64,000 bases of DNA, taken from an uncultured Ignavibacteriales bacterium. Lineage in GTDB: Bacteria > Bacteroidota > Ignavibacteria > T3Sed10-11. This document shows positions 29,959 through 38,747 of the stretch, in pieces (position 1 is the first letter of the stretch; each line of letters starts with the position of its first letter). Where the stretch lies: NCBI GenBank assembly GCA_964495085.1, contig CAZBUK010000010.1:1871-65870 (forward strand), in the 5' to 3' direction. Below the pieces are notes generated by a model that was not told where the DNA came from, ran no database searches, and worked only from the letters and a program-made list of their open reading frames with translations. The position numbers and the translations under genes are program-made.

Positions 29959-30762
29959 TCATGAATAGCGATCGAGTCTGAATTTCTCTCCCAGATAAAG
30001 TTTTCTTACCTGCGAATCGTTTGCGAGTTCGTCCGCTGTGCCGCTTTTCAGAATGCTCCCTTCGAAGAGAAGATATGAACGGCTTGTGATGGACAAAGTT
30101 TCGTGAACGTTATGATCTGTGACGAGCACACCGATACCTCTGTCGGTAAGATGCCTGACCAGTTCCATCAGATCTTCGACGGCGATCGGATCGATGCCTG
30201 CGAACGGTTCATCGAGAAGTATAAACTTCGGATTCGAGGCGAGGGAACGCGCAATCTCCGTTCTTCGCCGTTCTCCTCCCGACAGCATATACCCCTTGCT
30301 GTTCACCAGATGGCTGATGCCGAAGTCCTCAAGTAATTTTTCGCATCGCTCCTGCTTTTCCCCCTTATCGATATCCATCAGTTCCAGAACCGCCATCAGA
30401 TTCTGCCTGACGGTCAATTTACGGAATATCGAAGCCTCCTGGGGCAGATAGCCGATCCCGCTTCTCGCCCTCCTGTACATCGGGATGCCTGTTATCTTTT
30501 TCGTATCGAGAAAAATGTCGCCGTCGGTCGGTTTGATCAACCCGACGATCATGTAAAACGTTGTGGTTTTTCCGGCTCCGTTCGGTCCGAGCAATCCGAC
30601 GACTTCTCCCTGCCGAAGTTCGATCGAAACATCTTTGACGACGTACCGCTTTCCGTATTTTTTAAACAGCGATTTGGTACCGAGGACGCTCATATCCGTC
30701 AATTCGTTCTTCGATCTGTCGAGTACGTCCTTGTTCATGGTTTCGACTTCGCGTTTATTCAT
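29959..30762 (-). CDS. lptB: LPS export ABC transporter ATP-binding protein LptB
   Basis: Walker A GPNGAGKTT, signature LSGGERRRTEIARSL, Walker B ILLDEPFAG. Its position next to lptA/lptC-like genes supports the call. Confidence 0.9.
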   Translation of the reverse strand: MNKREVETMNKDVLDRSKNELTDMSVLGTKSLFKKYGKRYVVKDVSIELRQGEVVGLLGPNGAGKTTTFYMIVGLIKPTDGDIFLDTKKITGIPMYRRARSGIGYLPQEASIFRKLTVRQNLMAVLELMDIDKGEKQERCEKLLEDFGISHLVNSKGYMLSGGERRRTEIARSLASNPKFILLDEPFAGIDPIAVEDLMELVRHLTDRGIGVLVTDHNVHETLSITSRSYLLFEGSILKSGTADELANDSQVRKLYLGEKFRLDRYS

Positions 30763-32041
30763 ATCGCAGTATTTCGGTTTGCGGCGTTATTGTGCGAGTG
30801 GACGGTACAGATAAATCGGGTCTGTCCGTCCGCCAGATAAATCCGATCAGGTTATACGAGCTCTCATTGCCGCGTACGAGATTTTCGGGATAATATTTCC
30901 CTTCGATACCGCCGGTTATTTTCAGTTCGCGTACCGCGCCGTTCTCGAATAAAACCTCAATCCTATCTCCGCTGACATGGTTCAGGCCGTTCGGATCCGG
31001 GTCTTCGAATACGTAATATACGCTTGTCGCCTGCTCCCGTACTTCAATTTTTTCAAGCTCGTCATCGCTGAAGAGCATGGTCAGTTCGACCCCCGTTAGT
31101 TGATTGAATCGATCAGGATACCGCTCATCGTTCTTCGAAATGGCAAAGGTCCTTCCGAAAACCTCGAGCGTACGCAATCTCCGGTTTTCGAGTACAACGT
31201 GAATCGAGTCCCCCACCACCTGATTATTCCTGTACCAGAGAATTGGATCACCGGTCAGCGACAGATGATCCTGGTCGATATGGTAGCTCGCATGTTCGCC
31301 CTTCGCGGCCAGGTCCGAGCGCATCAACTCGACCTCACCCGATGCATGAAATAGCCTGACGGTATCGCGGACGGATTCCATGGTAATGCCGGTGACGATC
31401 AGCGTATCGGTTACCCCCGACTCAGTCGAATCGATTTGGACGAGCACCGGCGATTCGCTCATCAGACTATAGCCGCTCCTGCTGTCGTACTCGAGATAGC
31501 CGCCAAACACGGTTGTTCCCCGCTGCCGGTCGATTACCCGTACGTTGCCAAATGCGGTAGAGAACTCCTCATCCCGCCGGTGAATCAGGCGGTCGGCATA
31601 GATCCGTCCTGCGGGGTCATCCACGAACACCTCATCCCAAAATTCGGCGATCTTCGAGTCGAGATTGTACTTCCCGAAATTTGAGGTCAGTTCTGAAAGT
31701 CCGTCGTTCAGATATACCGATCCCTCTCCTTCAAGTATCCGTTCGCTTCCATGATAATATCCCCGATCGGTTAAAAGAGTTACCGTATCGTCCACTACCT
31801 TCACGTTGCCTTCGAGATAAGCACTGTTCCGTCCGGGATAATGTACCGCCCGGTCGCAATATACCAGCACTCCCCGTTGTTCGAGGATCACATTACCCGT
31901 CAACTCGCGCACGATTTCGCCTTCGACCGAACGGCCGATAAGGCTATCTGCGTTCCGGATAATGAGCCGATCGTCATCCTGACCGGGAACGGAGGCAGCC
32001 GTTATATAAAGAAGTGCAATAGAAACGACAAATCTTTTCAT
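30755..32041 (-). CDS. OstA/LptA-like domain protein (enlarged, 428 aa)
   Basis: Signal peptide, then a repetitive beta-jellyroll-like sequence (GNV.L.Q, repeated V.G....Y pattern). It sits between lptC-like and lptB. Confidence 0.55.
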   Translation of the reverse strand: MKRFVVSIALLYITAASVPGQDDDRLIIRNADSLIGRSVEGEIVRELTGNVILEQRGVLVYCDRAVHYPGRNSAYLEGNVKVVDDTVTLLTDRGYYHGSERILEGEGSVYLNDGLSELTSNFGKYNLDSKIAEFWDEVFVDDPAGRIYADRLIHRRDEEFSTAFGNVRVIDRQRGTTVFGGYLEYDSRSGYSLMSESPVLVQIDSTESGVTDTLIVTGITMESVRDTVRLFHASGEVELMRSDLAAKGEHASYHIDQDHLSLTGDPILWYRNNQVVGDSIHVVLENRRLRTLEVFGRTFAISKNDERYPDRFNQLTGVELTMLFSDDELEKIEVREQATSVYYVFEDPDPNGLNHVSGDRIEVLFENGAVRELKITGGIEGKYYPENLVRGNESSYNLIGFIWRTDRPDLSVPSTRTITPQTEILRYE

Positions 32042-32053
32042 AGTCCGGTACCT

Positions 32054-32599
32054 CTACCGCAGCTCCGGTTTCGTTTGGCCGGTAACCCTGTAGATCGTGT
32101 AATTCTTAAGTCCGGCGTCCGATACGAGTCCATATCCCTGGATCAATTCATCAGGCGACGTTATTTCGACGTATGCTTCGGTATGGACCTGTCCGGAGGC
32201 ATCTTCGTAGTACAGTTCTTCTGTGACGAGCACCGTTCCGTCATCCGATTCGACAATGACGTTTCCGAAGGCTGATAGGTCATTCTTCTCTTCATCAACC
32301 TCGCCCCGCACCGAAGTCAGGGTCGATGTTACACTTCCGTCCGGGTCCAGAAAGTCGACCTTCACACCCTCCTCCAGGTAGGTTCGTTTTTTTTCCGGGT
32401 AGAGTGCGATATATCCGGCATCGATGATCGCAGATACCACACCTTCTTTCGAAATAATGATCCGGCTTTTCCAGGATTCCTGTGCCGGCATTTCGTCGCC
32501 GGCAAATCCATCGACGACACTGGGTCTGATTCTCTGTTCGCAGCCTGCGCACACTATGAGAACAATGCAGAGACACTGCATCGGTATTTTCGATTTCAT
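32054..32599 (-). CDS. LptC-like LPS export protein (lipoprotein-type signal)
   Basis: 181 aa with N-terminal LIVCAGC, and size and position typical of LptC. It overlaps kdsD by 4 nt. Confidence 0.5.
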   Translation of the reverse strand: MKSKIPMQCLCIVLIVCAGCEQRIRPSVVDGFAGDEMPAQESWKSRIIISKEGVVSAIIDAGYIALYPEKKRTYLEEGVKVDFLDPDGSVTSTLTSVRGEVDEEKNDLSAFGNVIVESDDGTVLVTEELYYEDASGQVHTEAYVEITSPDELIQGYGLVSDAGLKNYTIYRVTGQTKPELR

Positions 32600-33582
32600 C
32601 TCTGCGATAACCCCGCTTTCACGAGATCATGCAGATGTATCATGCCTATCGGTTCGGAGCGGTCGTTCACCACGATCAGTTGTGTGATGTTGTACATCTC
32701 CATTTGCTGCATCGCCGTCGCAGCCAGGAACTCAGGACCGATTGTCTTCGGGTCCTGGGTCATGACGTCTGCGGCGATCTGGGCATGGACGTTGAACGTT
32801 TTTTCGAGCAGACGCCGGAGATCGCCGTCGGTAATGACACCCGCCAGCCGGCCCGTTCCGTCGACGACGCATGTCGCACCCAATCGCTTCGTCGTCATCT
32901 CGATTATGGCATCCTTGAGCGGCACGTTCTGGGGGACGACCGGCACTGCATTCCCCTTCACCATCATTTCCTGGACTTTCAAAAGCAATCTCTTCCCGAT
33001 ATGTCCGCCGGGATGAAATCTCGCGAAATCCTCCTTGCTGAAATTTCTCTTTTCGAGTAGCGTGATTGCAAGCGCGTCGCCGAGCACCAGGGTTGCTGTG
33101 GTGGAAGCTGTCGGCGCAAGGTCGAGGGAGCAAGCCTCCTGGTCGACTCCGATATCGAGCACGACCGCTGCGCTTCTTGCAATCTCCGAGTTTTTCCCCC
33201 CAGTCATCGCAATAATCGGAACCTGTAATCTCTGAAACAGCGGAATGAGGTTAATAATTTCCTCTGTATCGCCGCTCTTGGAAATGCAGATGACGATATC
33301 CTCGCTCCTGACCATACCCATGTCGCCATGCACCGCATCGGACGGGTGCAGATAGATCGCGGGAGTTCCGGTTGAATTCATTGTTGCGACGATCTTCTTT
33401 CCGACGATGCCGGATTTTCCCATGCCGGTCACCACGACGCGGCCTGTGCAATTCAGAATATACTCCACAGCTCGTGCGAATTCGGGGCCGATACGCGCGG
33501 TAAGGTTTTGCACAGCATTGCTTTCTATTTCGATAACGCGTTTTCCCCGCTCGATGATGTCGGCTGTTTCATGTTCGGTCAC
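32596..33582 (-). CDS. kdsD: arabinose-5-phosphate isomerase (KdsD/KpsF; SIS plus 2 CBS domains)
   Basis: GMGKSGIVGKKIVATMNSTGTPA, ISKSGDTEE and a tandem CBS C-terminus. Confidence 0.9.
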   Translation of the reverse strand: MTEHETADIIERGKRVIEIESNAVQNLTARIGPEFARAVEYILNCTGRVVVTGMGKSGIVGKKIVATMNSTGTPAIYLHPSDAVHGDMGMVRSEDIVICISKSGDTEEIINLIPLFQRLQVPIIAMTGGKNSEIARSAAVVLDIGVDQEACSLDLAPTASTTATLVLGDALAITLLEKRNFSKEDFARFHPGGHIGKRLLLKVQEMMVKGNAVPVVPQNVPLKDAIIEMTTKRLGATCVVDGTGRLAGVITDGDLRRLLEKTFNVHAQIAADVMTQDPKTIGPEFLAATAMQQMEMYNITQLIVVNDRSEPIGMIHLHDLVKAGLSQR

Positions 33583-34382
33583 GGTTTGCTGCCCTTAAAA
33601 ATGCTCTTGATCTTCCGGGCTATCCCCGGTTCCGGTTGTCGAGGCGTCTCTTCGGTGCGGATCGTTATCCGGTGCCAGGACTTATTGTACAGAATAAATG
33701 CCCGTCGCAGATCATCGTCCGAGAACTCGCCGAGCAGCGCAAAAAAATTTGAGGATTTCAGTGCCACGTCCGGATCCTTAATCTGTTTATGGAGCATCAG
33801 CTCGTTATAGAAATTGGTGACCGGTATCGGATAATTGATTCCGCTCTCTCCGTCGTACAGCCAGAGGACCTTTTCGCTCCTGCAAACAGCGAGCACCGCA
33901 ACCGGCTTCGGTCCGATGCTTACCTCCCTCATCGTGCCGCCGCATACCGGACATGGTTCTCCCGGCAGCCAGATAGAGTATGTGGCCCGTTTTCCGATCC
34001 CGACGTTTTGAGGTACATCGCCGCCCCCCACATCAGCAATCTGTATTTCGAGCTGCCGGCCGTCGAATTCATGAACCATAACCGAAATCGTACCTATATC
34101 AGTATACAGAAATCCTCTCGCCAATATCTTCTCCATCGGACCGCTTGTATCGGGGATGTCGCCTGCCACACCGAGTATGAGATCTCCGCTTCCCCACCTT
34201 CCCTCACCTATTACCGCCAGACTCCGAAGCCGGTTCCTGTAAACCGCATACCCGGGTCTGTCTTCAGGGAGTATCCAGGCAACTAAATTGAACTCATACT
34301 CCGTCAACGGCCTCGGGAAATCGCTCGCCTTCTCCGGACCAATGCTATCCGTAGTCGTCATATCCTTTCGATTTGAATACAA
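33579..34382 (-). CDS. hypothetical protein embedded in the kds/lpt operon
   Basis: 267-aa ORF that overlaps kdsD by 4 nt and kdsC by up to 38 nt. The only features noted are one CPVCGG pair and a basic C-terminus. I recognise no family. Confidence 0.5.
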   Translation of the reverse strand: MYSNRKDMTTTDSIGPEKASDFPRPLTEYEFNLVAWILPEDRPGYAVYRNRLRSLAVIGEGRWGSGDLILGVAGDIPDTSGPMEKILARGFLYTDIGTISVMVHEFDGRQLEIQIADVGGGDVPQNVGIGKRATYSIWLPGEPCPVCGGTMREVSIGPKPVAVLAVCRSEKVLWLYDGESGINYPIPVTNFYNELMLHKQIKDPDVALKSSNFFALLGEFSDDDLRRAFILYNKSWHRITIRTEETPRQPEPGIARKIKSIFKGSKP

Positions 34383-34878
34383 GATCGATCAACTCTCGTA
34401 CAGCTCCTTTTCCTCCGACTGCCGCGGTAACAAAATCAACTTTTCGCTTAATCTCGGGTCGCGCATTCGCCGGGGCAGCGCTGAGACCGGCACGCCGCAG
34501 TACGGGCAGATCGAACAGATCGTCTCCCATATACGCGGTATCGGCGTCCGAAAGATCGTATTTCTTTCTGACATCCTCGTACGCGTCGATTTTATTGAAC
34601 GATCCCTGATAGACATCCCTGATCCCGAGCTCCTGAGCTCGCAGAGTCACTATCTTCGAAGTACGTGCGGTTATAATCCCGACGTTAATCCCGCGCTCGA
34701 TCGCTTTGATGATGCCGTATCCGTCCTGAACATCGAACGTTTTGATCTCCACCGTTTCCTCGTTCACTTTACCGTAGACGATATCGCCGTTGGTGAGTAC
34801 TCCGTCGACATCGAGGAGAATCAGCTTAATGGCACGGGCTTTCTCCAAGATCGATTTTTTCGACCGCTGTTTATACAT
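34345..34878 (-). CDS. kdsC: 3-deoxy-D-manno-octulosonate 8-phosphate phosphatase
   Basis: HAD motif LLDVDGVLTNG, the later GDDLFDLP motif and a size of 177 aa. Confidence 0.85.
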   Translation of the reverse strand: MYKQRSKKSILEKARAIKLILLDVDGVLTNGDIVYGKVNEETVEIKTFDVQDGYGIIKAIERGINVGIITARTSKIVTLRAQELGIRDVYQGSFNKIDAYEDVRKKYDLSDADTAYMGDDLFDLPVLRRAGLSAAPANARPEIKRKVDFVTAAVGGKGAVRELIDLVFKSKGYDDYG

Positions 34879-34898
34879 GTATGAACGTTCCGGATAAA

Positions 34899-35735
34899 TT
34901 AATGTTCCGATGCGCTGGCCGACAGTGCGCCACGAATCGCTAACAGTTCACAGATAAATGCGCGCAATAATTTCAGCGGCAGTTGGGTATCCGCATCACT
35001 TTTCGCCTTCGACGGATCCGGATGCGTCTCGAGGAAGACGGCGTCGCAGCCGGCGGCAACGGCGGCACGTGCGAGGGGGGCGATAAATTCCGGCCGCCCG
35101 CCCGTCCTGTCGGTCCCACCGCCCGGTATCTGCACCGAATGAGTGGCGTCGAATACAACCGGATATCCGGATGCTTTCATGATAACGATAGATCTCATAT
35201 CAACGATGAGATCGTTGTAGCCGAACGTGGTTCCGCGTTCGGTAAGCAAAACTCCGCTTGCGCCCGCAACCGCAGCCTTCTCCGCCTGGAATTTCATCTG
35301 TCCGGGATCCAAAAACTGTCCTTTCTTAATATTCACAGGTTTCCCGGTCGCACCGGCTGCCCTGAGGAGATCCGTCTGACGGCAGAGGAAAGCCGGTATC
35401 TGGAGAATATCTACGTACCCCGCGGCAAGTCCGCACTCAGCTTCGGTATGGACGTCGGTGAGGACAGGCATACGATAAGCTTCCCGCACATCTACGAGGT
35501 AATTCAGCGCTTTGTCCGGATCTATGCCGGTAAACGAGTTTCCGCTTGTCCGATTCGCCTTTTTATACGACGACTTGAATATCACCGGGATATTATATTC
35601 GCTCCGGAGTCCTGCAAGAACTTCAGCGACTTCAAGCAGCGTTTCCCTGTTCTCAACCACACATGGACCCGCTATAAATGCGAGCGGATTGCCGTTCCCT
35701 ATCGCGAGATTCCCTATGCGGACTGCATTACTCAT
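34899..35735 (-). CDS. kdsA: 3-deoxy-8-phosphooctulonate synthase
   Basis: FIAGPCVVE, FKSSYKKANRTS and FDATHSVQ motifs. Confidence 0.9.
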   Translation of the reverse strand: MSNAVRIGNLAIGNGNPLAFIAGPCVVENRETLLEVAEVLAGLRSEYNIPVIFKSSYKKANRTSGNSFTGIDPDKALNYLVDVREAYRMPVLTDVHTEAECGLAAGYVDILQIPAFLCRQTDLLRAAGATGKPVNIKKGQFLDPGQMKFQAEKAAVAGASGVLLTERGTTFGYNDLIVDMRSIVIMKASGYPVVFDATHSVQIPGGGTDRTGGRPEFIAPLARAAVAAGCDAVFLETHPDPSKAKSDADTQLPLKLLRAFICELLAIRGALSASASEH

Positions 35736-35780
35736 TTTCGATCCTGTTAAACTGTTCGACGAAATACCGGTCTACCGGTA

Positions 35781-37313
35781 TTACGCCGTTGCCTCTACAT
35801 TTCTCTGGTTTTCAGATTCCGAAATGATTACATTTGCCGCAGCATCTCCCGTGACATTGGTAACGGTACGCATCATGTCGAGGATCCTGTCGACACCCAG
35901 GATAAGCGCGATTCCTTCCTCGGGAATTCCAACCGATTTTAAAACGATGATGAGCATGACAATCCCGACGCCGGGAACGGGGGCTGTTCCGATCGAGGCG
36001 AGCGTTGCGGTGAGGACGATCGTCAGTTGTTGAGCGATGTTGAGATCAAATCCGTATACCTGCGCAATGAACATCGCCGCAACGCCCTGGTACAAAGCGG
36101 TTCCGTCCATGTTAATCGTCGCACCCAACGGCAAGATAAAACTTGTCGTCTCCTTGGAACAGCCCAGACTGTTTTCGCTCGTCTTCATGTTCAGCGGCAG
36201 CGTCGCGGCGCTCGAACTTGTACTGAAGGCAATTAGCTGAACCGGCCGCATTTCCTTGAGAAATCTGATGACCGGAATTTTCGAGAACAATTTGAGCAAC
36301 GAGGTGTAGGTAATTGACATGTGCAGCAGCAGACCTAGAATCACTGCGGCGACGTACCAGAGCAAAGTCCCCAGAATATCGAACCCGAATTCTCCCACCG
36401 TCGCGGCGATCAACGCGAAAACTCCGTATGGTGCAATTTTCATGACCACTTCGACGAGCTTGATCATCGCATCCATCACCCCCTCGAAGATTTTAATGAC
36501 CGGTTCCGCTTTTTCTCGTGCAATGGCGGTAAGCAATAAACCGAACACGATGCCGAAGAAAACGATTTGAAGCATCTCTCCCTGCGCTATCGCATTCAAC
36601 GGGTTCGTCGGAATCATTCCGACTATCTGTTCAACGATGTTTACCTCAATCTCCTGATCGATTCTCGCCTGGACGTCTTCCTGATATTCGACCATCAACC
36701 GTTCCCTCGGTTCGGGAGCCATTCGGGTGCCAGGCTGGATAATGTTTGCGACGACAAGTCCGATAGTTATGGCGAACGCGGTCGTCAGAACGTAATATCC
36801 GACTGTTTTCCCTCCGATGCGTGCAATTTTCGAGAGATCGGAGAGACTGGCGGCTCCGACGATCAATGAGGATAGTACGAGTGGTATCGCAATAAAAGTC
36901 AGCAGCCTGATGAAGATCGTCCCGATCGGCCGTATGGCTGTCGCGATCGTCCCCACCGTCTCAACCGAACGGATATTCTCGTAAACCACCGTTTCGACGG
37001 TTCCGTCGGGAAGCGGCGCCGTTACCTGGATGGTAGCATCGAACCGGTCGGATGGTTTCATCCGTTCGATCTTTCTGATAAGCGAGAGTTGATCGTGGGG
37101 ACCGAACATCGTCCTTCGATCCTCGATAACTACAACAATTTCCTCCCAATTGCGAACGTCGACCGTACGAACATCCGTATCCGGCCCGTATTCGATCTCT
37201 ATTCTTCTCTGATCGATATTAAAATATGCACCGAAAAGTGCTCCGAGGACAAGTGCTATAAGAATTTTTGTGTGGAGCTGCAGAGAGGCAAGTTTTTTCA
37301 GGAAAGCAGTCAT
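35781..37313 (-). CDS. dicarboxylate/amino acid:cation symporter (DAACS/GltP family) with an N-terminal loop insertion
   Basis: SSSAATLP and NMDGTALYQ motifs. At 510 aa it is longer than typical members because of a ~95-aa hydrophilic segment after TM1. Confidence 0.8.
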   Translation of the reverse strand: MTAFLKKLASLQLHTKILIALVLGALFGAYFNIDQRRIEIEYGPDTDVRTVDVRNWEEIVVVIEDRRTMFGPHDQLSLIRKIERMKPSDRFDATIQVTAPLPDGTVETVVYENIRSVETVGTIATAIRPIGTIFIRLLTFIAIPLVLSSLIVGAASLSDLSKIARIGGKTVGYYVLTTAFAITIGLVVANIIQPGTRMAPEPRERLMVEYQEDVQARIDQEIEVNIVEQIVGMIPTNPLNAIAQGEMLQIVFFGIVFGLLLTAIAREKAEPVIKIFEGVMDAMIKLVEVVMKIAPYGVFALIAATVGEFGFDILGTLLWYVAAVILGLLLHMSITYTSLLKLFSKIPVIRFLKEMRPVQLIAFSTSSSAATLPLNMKTSENSLGCSKETTSFILPLGATINMDGTALYQGVAAMFIAQVYGFDLNIAQQLTIVLTATLASIGTAPVPGVGIVMLIIVLKSVGIPEEGIALILGVDRILDMMRTVTNVTGDAAANVIISESENQRNVEATA

Positions 37314-37572
37314 TCTGGACCGGGGGTAGTTGTCATTTCAGTTATCGGAAATGTACGATGATCTTTGTGTATCACTTTATATGCCTGTATCAACTCGATC
37401 GGGGAAACATTCCGGATATGTAAAATTCTGGTTACTTTCTTTCGATTTCGACCATTATTAGTAAGCGGAGCTCAGGGAGTTGTACATTTAAGTCAATGTT
37501 AATAATAAATTTATAATGATAATAAATTTTATTGAGTATTCAAAATTATTCTTTCGGCATAAATATAACAAA

Positions 37573-37602
37573 GCATCCGGTCTCTCAGGGTCGACCGGAT
37601 GC
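37573..37602 (-). terminator. hairpin terminator after the FKBP gene
   Basis: GCATCCGGTC-(10 nt)-GACCGGATGC, a 10-bp perfect stem 29 nt downstream of the stop at 37631, followed on the minus strand by a T-rich stretch (TTTGTTATATTT). Confidence 0.55.
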
Positions 37603-37630
37603 TCGTTATAGTCGGTCTGCATGAACGGAA

Positions 37631-38062
37631 TTACCGTTTAATATCGACTATCGATACCTCGAAGGTCAGCGACTTTCCGGCCAGGGGGTGGTTGGTGTCG
37701 AGCGTAACGGATGCATCCGTCATTGCGACAACGTGAGCGGGAATAGGATCCGAATCATTGCCCTTCAGGGCGAGCTGCATTCCTACTTCGAGTTTCATTT
37801 CCTGCGGTATCTGTTTCCGATCGATCACGTGCACCAATTCTTCTCTCCGTGAACCGTACGCCTGATCGGGAGCGAGTTCGAATACTTTCTCTTCCCCCGT
37901 CTCCATACCGACCAGCGCGTGTTCAAAACCGGGAATAACGTCACCACCGCCTACTTTTACGCTAAGCGGCTCCTCATCTTTCGATGAATCGAATACATCT
38001 CCGTTCTGTAATTTTCCGGTATAGTGAACCAGGACGGTATCGCCTTCTTGCACAGCACCCAT
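37631..38062 (-). CDS. FKBP-type peptidyl-prolyl cis-trans isomerase (SlyD-like)
   Basis: The track ORF was trimmed to the ATG at 38062. GDTVLVHYTGKLQNGDVFDSS is present, with a flap insertion and LAGKSLTFEVSIVDI at the C-terminus. Confidence 0.8.
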   Translation of the reverse strand: MGAVQEGDTVLVHYTGKLQNGDVFDSSKDEEPLSVKVGGGDVIPGFEHALVGMETGEEKVFELAPDQAYGSRREELVHVIDRKQIPQEMKLEVGMQLALKGNDSDPIPAHVVAMTDASVTLDTNHPLAGKSLTFEVSIVDIKR

Positions 38063-38212
38063 AAGCAGATCTCCTCGTATAAAGTTGATTTTCTCCTCCC
38101 CGATGACACACGAGCGCGATATGTCGGCACCGGTATGCACGACCGGAAGGTTGTATACAACTTAACCTAACAATATCTCAGTAAAAGTCAAATTTTTATC
38201 CGGTGGAATGAA

Positions 38213-38698
38213 TCACTCCAGTTTCTGGCCGAGAATTTTCTCGGTTTGTTCTTTTCTGAATGCTTTAAGCTTTTTCCTGATCTCAGGATATTTGTTCGCC
38301 AGAATCGCCGCCGCAAACAATGCCGCGTTTACCGCACCCGGTTTTCCTATGGCGAGAGTTCCGACCGGTATCCCCGCGGGCATCTGCACCATTGATAAAA
38401 GCGAATCGAGTCCGTTCAGCGCGTCGCTCTTCATGGGTACCGCGAGGACGGGGAGCACGGTCTTGGAGGCGAGAACGCCCGCGAGATGAGCGGCTCCACC
38501 CGCCGCGGCGATAAGTATCTCCAGGCCGCGATCCTCTGCGGAATCCGCGAACTCAAGTGCCTGATCCGGAGTCCGATGGGCGGATAAGACGTGCGCTTCA
38601 CACGATATATCAAATTGTCTCAGCGTATCAACTGAATGCTTCATCACATCCCAATCCGATTTGCTTCCCATAATCACCGCGACTAATGAATCGGCCAT
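38213..38698 (-). CDS. purE: 5-(carboxyamino)imidazole ribonucleotide mutase
   Basis: IMGSKSDW, AAGGAAHLAGV and PVLAVP motifs. Confidence 0.9.
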   Translation of the reverse strand: MADSLVAVIMGSKSDWDVMKHSVDTLRQFDISCEAHVLSAHRTPDQALEFADSAEDRGLEILIAAAGGAAHLAGVLASKTVLPVLAVPMKSDALNGLDSLLSMVQMPAGIPVGTLAIGKPGAVNAALFAAAILANKYPEIRKKLKAFRKEQTEKILGQKLE

Positions 38699-38747
38699 AC
38701 GGACATTCCCTTTCTTTGTGTGCTGATGCTGATTGTTGAATGTAATT

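Noticed and set aside
37314-37630. A 317-nt AT-rich intergenic region with ATAATAAATTT direct repeats. I checked it for tRNA, small RNA or CRISPR-like structure.
   Set aside because: I found no cloverleaf-compatible arms or T-loop consensus, and no regularly spaced repeats. The only clear structure is the terminator hairpin at 37573..37602. The rest is consistent with a promoter region for the DAACS transporter gene.
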